From assembly GCA_012295275.1 (NCBI GenBank), contig CM022679.1:16740001-16804000 (forward strand): DNA of 64,000 nt. The letters are read 5' to 3'. Each line of letters begins with the position of its first letter. The stretch's first letter is position 1. A program made the translations under genes and the position numbers. Below the pieces are notes generated by a model. That model did no database searches, had not been told where the DNA came from, and saw only the letters and a program-made list of their open reading frames with translations. This document shows positions 49,594 through 64,000 of this stretch, in pieces. This DNA comes from Chrysomallon squamiferum. Taxonomy: Eukaryota; Animalia; Mollusca.

Positions 49594-52500
49594 CTGAAAT
49601 AGTTTTAAAAAAGATATGCAGATGATTACAATCATCTAGCAATTTAACTCAGAACCAAATACATACACTGTACATATCTAGATCAACAGAATGCTAATTT
49701 TAACATGTACTTTTAGCCAGAAAATAATACTAGTCTACTGCTTGAAAAGTTAAATAAAAAACCATGTTAAAAAAAAACCCATAAAAATAATTAAAAAAAA
49801 AAATCAACTTAAAATTATGTACCCAGATCTTGATGCTAGGTCCGGTAGCAGCACAAAGCCAGTATCTGTTAGGACTGAAAGTCATTGCGTTAATGTAGTC
49901 ACCACCATCCAATGTGTACAAATGCTTGCCTTCATTCAAATCCCATAACATGGCCTGACCATCCTAGAAATAATACATTTCCATATAAACATTTTACACT
50001 GTAAAGGAAACAAAATGTAATATATATTTCAAAATATAACTTTTGTAATTTAACAAACTGTAATCAGACCAGAGATGAAGTTTTATCTTCAAGAAATTAC
50101 TTCTCTAGTCTGTTTATTTGATATAGCACCAATGTGAAAGAATTATGCTCAGTAAATGAACATTATCTGCAGAAAGGTGCATGTACTATACTCCTCAAGT
50201 TATGTCTAGTAACAAACGCAAATGTTCTTTAAAGAAAAGAATTTAAAACAAAAATTCTAAGATAAAATGAAATAAGAGTAAAATAATACTATTAACTTGG
50301 TACCTCTGGCCAAAATAAAATGATATTTGTTTCAAATACAGTGACAACAAAACAGTAAATTGTATCTCCAAAATACACCTAATTTCTTCAAATCTTTACT
50401 AGTGTGCTTGATCAAGATAATTTCTGTGCTTATTATTGAGTAATTTAAATATGTTAACATTAATGTAGGGATTATAAGGAAAATTTCTGATGTTTATTTA
50501 AAGCTGGCTAGGCCTTGTCTTTTTATCTTACCTTTCCACCAGAGGCACACAGTGAGCCGTCAGGTGACACAGTAACACAGTTGAGGAACTGGGTGTGTCC
50601 ATAGTGATTTGTCTTCAGCTTGCAGTTTGTCAGATTCCACACCTGAAATTTAACCATTACTGAGCACTGTGATAATCAACATATAAATATTTAACCAAGC
50701 TTTGCAGAAAACAAAAATTAACAAGTAAAATATATAACATGTAATCAAGTTAGGAGACACTGAAATTAACTATTTTCAATGGCTAAGACCTGATATTTTA
50801 TAAGCATTTTTGTCACATTAAATATTATTTTAAAATATCAAATGCAGAGATCCCTTTCAAAAAGAAAGAAAGAAAAAAATAAAACAGTATTCAGTATTAT
50901 TGAATAGAATTATTGCTATCATAAATTTGTAAACACTAAGTTGACTAACCTGAAATATTCCACATTCATTTATTATTTAAAATTTTCGCACCAATCAGCC
51001 TACAAACATTTAGTTAATTTTCAATGTCTTTTCTAATAGTGGTATATAAAAACTGATGTCATCAAGTTGGGTGACAATGAAACCGATAATCTGTTTTCAA
51101 TGCCTAAGGTTTGGTATTTTTTTAGGCCCCTTTGTCATTTAAAAATTGTTTCAAAATCTTAACTGTGGAGAGGTGTCTGTTAAATATACTTTTACTTTTG
51201 ATTACTACTTTGTATTATCAGAACTGCCTTTAATTTTCTAATAATTACTGAACATTAATAAGAAAAATAATACCGGAAGGAATGAAAATTTTATAACAGT
51301 ATCATTCCTCTTCAAATGAAATCCATAGATTCAATCATGTTCCAGTCAGACAATAGTAAATTGATAAAACCATACACAGCATTAGTTAAACATTGTGAGA
51401 TTTCTGCCAAAGTTTCATAACATGGCTTCAGCGACTCTTAAAATGCTGTATCTACTCAGTCTGTTAATGAATTTGTCAAATAAAAATTACAATCTTACAA
51501 ATAGAACTTTCATTGAATTGCTGCAAATAACTCTTCAAAATTCAATCAGGGAACAATATGCAATATTCATTACTAATTGAAAATAAGGTATTATAACTTG
51601 TTTCACAATTTCAAAAATGTTGTTTTCTGTATTGTTATAAAGTTCATTGTTACCTATAACCAACAGTTAGGGACACCAGCCAAAGACCTGATTTTAATAT
51701 TGCACCCCGTCAGCATTAAGAAACAATGCAAACTTGAAAATATGACAGTCTTGTCCAAACAATAGAATCCATACATATAACAAAAATACTTTAAGATAAC
51801 ATTATTTACAATTTATCTGTATTGCAACAAATAATTTATTATCTAATTAACTGAGCACATTGAAATCAATCTTCATACATTTATTTAAAAATTATAAAAT
51901 ATATTGTATTTTATATAGAAAATTCAAAACAAAATTCAACAACCTATTATTCCACATTTATGTAACTTATACAAAAGATCCACAAAAATTAAAGAATAAG
52001 CGTTCCAATAAAACCAAACATATATTGTAAATATTACTAATGATTATTAGATACTGTCAAAAAAAATGCAAACTATAAAATACTGATATATTAAAGAATA
52101 TTAAAAGATATATTAAAATTAAAATAAAATGTTTTCTCGAAATTGTTATCAAGCTGAGTGACTGTATAACCAACAGTTAGGGTCACCAGCCAAAGACCTG
52201 ATTTTAATATTGCACCCCGTTGGAATTCAGCATTCATAAACAATGCAAACTCGAAAAAGGTGCTCCAGAATCATGGTAAGACCTTTCAAAACAAAAATAT
52301 TAAATGTATCTGCAATTTAATAATTTATAAAAGGAAAATTTTAACCAAAGATTTTTTACACATTTAGAAATTTCAATTTCAAATGAATGTGAAAACATTA
52401 GATTATAATATATTTGTGCAAAGCCATGAATAACAAGGAATCTCATCAGCTGTATGTTGGAGAGAAAAACTCACCTTTACTACTTTATCCCATCCAGCAG

Positions 52501-55122
52501 AAACAATGATAGGATTGGAAGAGTTGGGTGAGAAACGCACACATGAAACCCAGTCCTTATGGCTGTCTTCCTACAAGAAAAACACTTAGTGTAATAAAAG
52601 AGCTGGCAATCTTTTCACTGATTTGCATTATGAACAGAAAACAAAAATTCTGACATTTTTTAATAGTATCAATATCAAATGTTTTATCTTCAAGATCACT
52701 TAAAAGATTTTTCAAATTAGTTTTTAGCTTTTTGTTTTTGATGTTATTTCTTCCACTTTAGATAATTATTAAATAAAACAGATTTTGTAAAAATAATTTG
52801 TCATCAAGTTAGGTGACACTGAAACTAAAAATTAAGTTTTCAGTGCCTAAGTCTTGATATTTTTATTTAGGCATCTTTGTCACAGTAATACATTATTATA
52901 AATAAATGTCAACTGCGGAGAGGTGCCGTTGAGTGTTGACCAATTCCTGAGATAAATTTTGAAATAACAAAAAATAAGATTAATCATCAAAGGTATCTCT
53001 AATAAGCATGTGATTTATAATGCAAATTTAAAAACAAATGAACAGAATCAAAAGTATTGGAAAAAGACAGTTATCTGCAAACTACTGATTTATTTGTAAA
53101 GAATATTCTTTTTCAAAAACACTGTAAATGGCCACAATTATAATGTGTTGGGCACTACAGTAGGCAGAAAAAAAGATAATTATATCAGTATGCACCTGGA
53201 TTGTGTATTTGCACACTCCTAAAGTATTCCAAAGTTTGACAGTCTTGTCTCGGGAAGCAGAAACAATCTGTCTGTTGTCTGCAGAAAATGCAACACTCAT
53301 GACATCTTTTTCATGGCCAACAAATCTCTTAGTTGTTTTCCCTCTGAAGACAAAATTTCAATAAAATAACTTAATTCTGCATGACTAGTTATACGAGGGA
53401 AAAATAAATAAATAGGTATTCACTGTAACTTTCTATAGCCAAATTGTTTCAATTAGTAAACAATAAAATTTATTAACACATTCGGTGGTGGTGTTTTGGG
53501 GATTTTCATAATTGAAATAAATTTCTGCTTGTACTTGCCATAATATTCTGAATGCCAGGGAAGCCTGCAGTAGATCAATAACTGCCTACGTCAGTAAGTC
53601 ACATCACTAATGCGCAGCAATTTTAAAACACAGATCACTGTCATTCAGCACCCTATCGTATACATACTGTGTTGCAGAGATCTCTGTCATTCAGCACCGA
53701 AGGTGTTAATAAAGTAAAAGCTATTTATTTACTTGTAATTCAGATATGCACTTCTGTCTAAAAACATTTTCTATGTCACATTACTAATGTTAAGCAGTAT
53801 GTTATACAATATTTCAATTACTTACTCCACCAAGTCCCATAGACGCAGTGTTTTGTCCCAGGAAGAAGACAGAGCAAACTGTCCATCAGAGGACAGGACA
53901 ACATCACTTACAAAATGTCCATGGCCATGCAGAGATTTGAACGGAATACCATAGTTAGTCTCATCTCTGGTCAGCTTCCATAAGATCAAATTTTTATCTA
54001 CAGGAAGAAGAAGAAAAAAAAAAGTCTATTGCTGATAAATGCCAAAAGAAATATTAAAGACCATAAATCTCATACAACAGATTCTACTGGCTAAGTGATA
54101 AAACAGCTTGTACCTAAGAAAACATGCATCCAGTTTTAAGATAATTCATGTCACAAGATACCAACATGCATGCATGCATTTCATCCTCTCTTCTCCAACT
54201 CCTTTTCATATTTGTTTTGAATTCTTTCTTTTTTTTTCCATTGTTTGGTTTTGGCAGAATAGGCACTTTGCCTAGAATCCAATAAAAAATATCTTTACAA
54301 ATTTGTATTTGCCAATGTCAGAAATAAAAACCAAAATAACCATGGGTTTTCCCTTGGAAAATAATTAGAAAATTCAATCACATTCTGGAATCAACAGCTA
54401 TATTATAGCTATATTATCAGCAAAGTGCAATCTTCAAAAATTCCTGTCTGATGGACCATTTGAAAAATCTTTTTAAAGAAACTTAGTTTCATGCAGGTAC
54501 TGGCAGGCAAATTTTTTCTGACTTTAATTTCACATTATATGCAAAAAAATTAGCACATAATGAAAGCTGTAGCAAAAAGAATGAGAAAACACAAAAAATT
54601 ATGATTGACTATCTCCAGTAGTTCAGACAATGTATGCAGATCAGTATGACAGGTATTTGGTTGGTTTTCAGCACTATTTTGGCTAATCAGCAGAAAGGGC
54701 TACATTGGCCAACTGTAATTTGAAAAGTAATTGACTCAAAAGACTGAAAATCAACAAGATTGATGGGACCAACTTGCTAAATGAGCTCAATTTGTTTCAG
54801 CCCTGTATGTTTGTATGTGTGTTCACAATAACATGATAAACATGCCGAAATCTTCAAAATGACACCAGCAGAATGGTTAAAAGTGCAAATAGACACTGTG
54901 GTTTAGTTTTTGTCTTATTTGACAAATTCAACCTGTGTTGTGAACATTTTATCAAGATCTTTCAAATGACATACTTGAATCTAACATTTTTAATAAGCTA
55001 GCAAGCCCATAAAAAAAAATTACCTTTTCAATTTATATAGACTTGACACTTAAACTTTATTTACATAAGCAGGTTGAAATTTTACTGTTAAATATTTAGT
55101 ATTAATAAGTTAAGATACTATG

Positions 55123-55188
<66 letters not shown>

Positions 55189-56949
55189 GTTACTTCTACA
55201 AGCATATGATGTTTAACAATAATTCTTTGCAATACATCAACTCAGCTAATTCTTGGAGTCTACTCCAGAAAGGTGTTGTAGGTATTAATTAGGGATAATA
55301 AAATGTATGTAATCATGAAAATAGAGGCAATTAAAGACAGGTGTTATAAGTCTTATTTGAAGCCAACATAAAAAATTTTCTTAGCTTTATACTGGCTGTG
55401 ATTTGACAGCAAACAAAAGTCATCTGACCATTGTTGAAATGTTCTCTGATAGAGCTTATCAACAAGCAAAAATGTTTTAAAACTGATCAATTTATGATTT
55501 TATATTTTTTTTAAAAGTGATTAGATTTTTATTCAGCATTCCATCAATACCTCTGAATACATTGTTACATTTACAATTCTTAATTCCCCATTTATGTTTA
55601 TTGTTAAATCAAGAATACTGAAATAATAGTTTTAAACGGAAGATAGTAATTGGCAAAACAATGTTAATTCGTTTATTTCAGTATGCGATTTCACTACACA
55701 TGCTATAATGTATACGCTCAAAAAGTAGGAACATTGAAGAAAAACATACAGCCAACCAGTTATTAAAAATATAAAAACATATAAATATACTCATTTTAAA
55801 CAGCGCCAGATCTTTCTAGCTGTACATAATCTTATGGCAATTTCGTTCTGTAGAAAATGTCCAAAGAACTGATTTAACATACATGATCTTTAGTTATATG
55901 TATGTTTTTTAATGTAGGATTTACAGAAAGGACTTGGGAATGGAGGAAAATGGATAAAATCTGTACTTTTAACAGCTCTGACCGATCATATCGTCTAAAC
56001 TGCTGGTACCTATTTGATGACATAGTATTCATAAGTTGCCATAATATCACTTTTAATTTTTGATCATTGATCAAGGAGGAGTTTATCAATTTTTTGAGTG
56101 AAAGAATTCTTTCTGGAAACATCAGCAAAGTCATTGACCACTGGAAAAGTCCTTCAATCAAAATGTTCTCCTTACAGATCTGCTTATTAATTTCTATTGT
56201 GCTTAATTTCAACAAATTATACGATTGGGAAAAATTTCATACACAAAGCCCTCACTTCAGGGGATTGATAATGACAAGTCAGTTCAGGTCACGTGACATC
56301 AACAGCACTTTCTGATTGGTTCAGACCAGTGTTGACAAATATTGGCATATATCAATTTTCAGCTGATTAGATTAATTAAAATTAATGAGTATTGGAAACT
56401 TGCTTAACAGTATAGCTTTAGAACTGATAAAAAGACTCATTTTGACATATAATACATATATAGTGGATTAAAACTATACAAGATAATTGATGTTTATACT
56501 GCAAAATGGCAGAAACGAACAAGTTTCTCTGCAGAGTATGAAGGAAAAATACCTGCAAATTTTATTCCGATACAAATTCTTAACTTTTTTATATCTGTAC
56601 TATCAATGAGATTTTGGCGTCATTTTAATATGCACTTTTTGCTTTTTCTATTGATGCATAATGTTTTGGGAAGATAAATTTGAAACTTTTATTACAATCC
56701 TAATTAAGAAATTATGGTACTGTGTAAGAACATTTTGAAATAGTTAAAATACTATAAACAGAAAAGTATTATAAACGTTTTATCTTTCACTGATTCAGCC
56801 AAAATAAAATTCAACTGACTGTTCAGTGTTCTGTTCACCGACTCCTGAATGTTCAATGTTTTTGCTATAAGAATAACTGATAAAAATATTGATGCTATGG
56901 CAGCAGTTCTATAATGTTCAACGTTTAATAGCATTAATGCAACAAGTCA

Positions 56950-57001
<52 letters not shown>

Positions 57002-57160
57002 TTCAACGTATGTTATGAAACTGATAATGAAATTCTGTTAAGGCCAACCTCGAGAAGCCGAAAGAATCGTGTCTGGATATTGAGGATTTGTAGCTATCTG
57101 GGTAACCCATCCTCCATGGCCTTGGAGGGTACCCCTCAGTGTCATCTGCTCTTGAGACAT
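49414..57160 (-). CDS. RACK1: Receptor for activated C kinase 1 (RACK1/GNB2L1), 40S ribosomal WD40 scaffold, 319 aa. Exons 57160-57049, 53997-53826, 53343-53196, 52570-52475, 50642-50532, 49963-49823, 49593-49414
   Basis: [39 protein letters not shown]...[22 protein letters not shown]. Exon lengths 112+172+148+96+111+141+180 = 960 nt. All introns are GT-AG and in frame. Confidence 0.99.
49823..49963 (-). CDS. RACK1: RACK1 exon 6
   Basis: [47 protein letters not shown]. Confidence 0.97.
50056..50182 (-). ncRNA. Box H/ACA snoRNA in RACK1 intron 5; predicted guide for 5.8S rRNA pseudouridine (site of human SNORA69 / yeast snR43)
   Basis: Minus strand: GCACC..GGUGC hairpin, H box AUAUCA, CAGACUAGAGA..UCUCUGGUCUG hairpin, ACA+3 nt. 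The 5' pocket UUCUGC / UUCACAUU pairs with 5.8S AAUGUGAA-UU-GCAG, with the upper stem 14 nt from the H box. Confidence 0.85.
50532..50642 (-). CDS. RACK1: RACK1 exon 5
   Basis: [37 protein letters not shown]. Confidence 0.97.
50737..50856 (-). pseudogene. Degenerate copy C of the 28S-matching H/ACA family (RACK1 intron 4)
   Basis: Colinear with 52796-52928 (tgtaatcaagttaggagacactgaaa...gctaagacctgatatttt...tttgtcac...tgcagag), but the guide has AGGAG in place of AGGTG and the 5' stem is broken. Confidence 0.6.
51054..51178 (-). ncRNA. Box H/ACA snoRNA copy B of the 28S-matching family (RACK1 intron 4)
   Basis: Paralogue of 52796-52928. ACA box and A-rich H box are kept; the 3' pocket pairs with GGUG-UC-CUAAGG. 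The 5' lower stem is weakened. Confidence 0.65.
51630..51745 (-). pseudogene. Decayed duplicate of the SNORA44-like snoRNA (RACK1 intron 4)
   Basis: About 55 nt near-identical to 52165-52220, but lacks tggaatt (7-nt deletion in the 5' pocket/stem), the gagtg guide and the closing ggtgc stem. Confidence 0.75.
52141..52265 (-). ncRNA. Box H/ACA snoRNA in RACK1 intron 4, SNORA44(ACA44)-like; predicted guide for 18S sites equivalent to human U822 and U686
   Basis: GCACC..GGUGC hairpin, H box AUAUUA, AUCAGG..CUUGAU hairpin, ACA+AUU. The 3' pocket CUUUG / CACUC pairs with 18S GAGUG-UU-CAAAG, 14 nt from ACA. The 5' pocket UUCGA / UCCAAC pairs with 18S GUUGGA-UC-UCGG, 14 nt from H. Confidence 0.85.
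52475..52570 (-). CDS. RACK1: RACK1 exon 4
   Basis: [32 protein letters not shown]. Confidence 0.97.
52796..52928 (-). ncRNA. Box H/ACA snoRNA copy A in RACK1 intron 3; 3' pocket matches 28S AGGUG-UC-CUAAG
   Basis: GGCACCU..AGAUGCC hairpin, H box AAAUAA, AUCAAG..CUUGAU hairpin with GCACUGAAA/UUUCAGUGU upper stem, ACA+AAU. The pocket CUUAG / CACCU lies 14 nt from ACA. Confidence 0.8.
53196..53343 (-). CDS. RACK1: RACK1 exon 3
   Basis: [49 protein letters not shown]. Confidence 0.97.
53477..53705. mobile_element. MITE with TTAA target site (piggyBac-type ends) in RACK1 intron 2
   Basis: TTAA|cacattcggtg ... caccgaaggtg|TTAA, an 11-bp TIR with 1 mismatch; internal direct repeat ctgtcattcagcacc occurs twice. 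Confidence 0.75.
53826..53997 (-). CDS. RACK1: RACK1 exon 2
   Basis: [57 protein letters not shown]. Confidence 0.97.
57049..57160 (-). CDS. RACK1: RACK1 exon 1 (coding part)
   Basis: [37 protein letters not shown], donor G|GTTGG. Confidence 0.97.
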
Positions 57161-57245
57161 ATTTAATATTTTATCGCGTTTGCAGGATTACTGTGGATTT
57201 CTCAACCACACCAAACAAACACAGCCATCAGCCAAATGGACGACC

Positions 57246-57254
57246 GGAAAAGGA
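57246..57254 (-). promoter_or_regulatory. TCT initiator / 5'TOP of RACK1
   Basis: Minus strand TCCTTTTCC followed by GGTCG, about 90 nt upstream of the ATG. Typical of ribosomal-protein and snoRNA host genes. Confidence 0.75.
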
Positions 57255-57986
57255 TGTACAAATGCGCACGACTGGTCGACGTCGCGTAGTACGTTTAATG
57301 CTGTTTAAAAACTGTAAAGAGCTGCAAATGTATTAATATAAATTTTTATTTATATATATATTTTTTTCACTTAAACATTAATGACTCTCTTCATATTATA
57401 ATACTGTTCAGGTGATAATAATAAAGAAATAACTTAACACACAAGTTTTGTCTTTAATTTATATATTTACCGCTTCCAAACTTAAGTAAATTTATTATAT
57501 AACGTAGAAACTAGAATGTCGGTTAAAATATTTTATCACTTATGTGCATTCTCAAAGAAAATATTAAATATAATTGAATGTAAATTCCCTTATTCAGTAT
57601 CTAGAAATAAATATAAATTCCTTTCAGTTTTTTTTTTCTTTCATTTTCTGTTTATTATTTACAAAGAACAATATTAATTACTCGAATTATTGTGGTTGAC
57701 CAATGTATTCACCAAGCCGGAAGTAATGAATATTGGTTTCTTTTAGAGTAGAGGGCGCTGTGTTTTGTATTTCTAATCGAGAGTGCCCGGTGGGTATGTC
57801 TGCATTTTATTTTATATTAAATTATTTTCTGGAGAATATTAAATACATTCTTTGTGACCGTTTATATTCCAGCTACCTATGATTGATCCAACGAGTTACT
57901 TGTTTTGGTATATGATGAGTTTTTGCATTAAATACATTTTGGCCGGTCTGTGACGTCATTTTTGGTCTCCATAAAGCGGCCATTTT
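57255..57986. promoter_or_regulatory. Divergent promoter region between RACK1 and PP2A-C
   Basis: ETS site CCGGAAGT 57717-57724, CRE TGACGTCA 57951-57958, YY1-like GCGGCCATTTT 57976-57986. A probable PP2A 5'UTR intron runs GTAAG 57987 to TTTTAG 58096. Confidence 0.6.
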
Positions 57987-58107
57987 GTAAGCTACATATT
58001 TTGAGATTATGGGAAAAAAAAAAACTAAGAAGAAAAATTTGACATTTCACTTTTAAGACGTTTTGTGTTTCGATGTTTATCTTATTTCTATTTTAGTAAA
58101 TCTAATA

Positions 58108-63998
<5,891 letters not shown>

Positions 63999-64000
63999 TT

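Noticed and set aside
52796-52928. Alternative target at the 18S 3' end (UAGGUGAACCUGCGG) for the intron-3 snoRNA
   Set aside because: The pairing leaves a single unpaired A rather than U-N, which does not fit H/ACA geometry. The 28S match fits the 14-nt rule.
55874-56315. ORFs in RACK1 intron 1
   Set aside because: No recognisable domain or splice support; probably an old repeat fragment.
53998-57048. SNORD95/SNORD96-like C/D snoRNAs in RACK1 intron 1
   Set aside because: No properly spaced RUGAUGA...CUGA pair with an rRNA antisense element found by eye. Hairpins at about 56490-56545 and 56888-56938 lack a correctly placed H box or target. A covariance search could still find something.

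Overview
AT-rich, microsatellite-dense animal genomic DNA with spliceosomal introns; repeat and protein content suggest a mollusc, but that is inference. Left to right: (1) a rhodopsin-class neuropeptide GPCR on the minus strand (three coding exons, 891-5100; TM7 lies outside the window). (2) About 40 kb of non-coding DNA with SINE/MITE remnants, a 33-bp minisatellite, a ~1 kb (TG)n tract and a 44-bp hairpin tandem array. (3) A fucosyltransferase-superfamily glycosyltransferase with an intronless CDS split by a 1-nt frameshift (45453-46675). (4) A decayed hAT transposon. (5) A complete 7-exon RACK1 gene (minus, 49414-57160, 319 aa, 5'TOP). (6) The PP2A catalytic subunit gene head-to-head with RACK1 (plus, from 58108, five exons seen), start codons about 950 bp apart. 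The most notable structure is a set of six box H/ACA snoRNA-like elements in three families inside RACK1 introns 3-5. Their pockets match 5.8S rRNA (SNORA69/snR43-type site), 18S rRNA (both SNORA44 sites) and a 28S segment for which I know no vertebrate guide; two copies look decayed. rRNA targets were matched by eye to conserved rRNA sequences recalled from memory, not computed.
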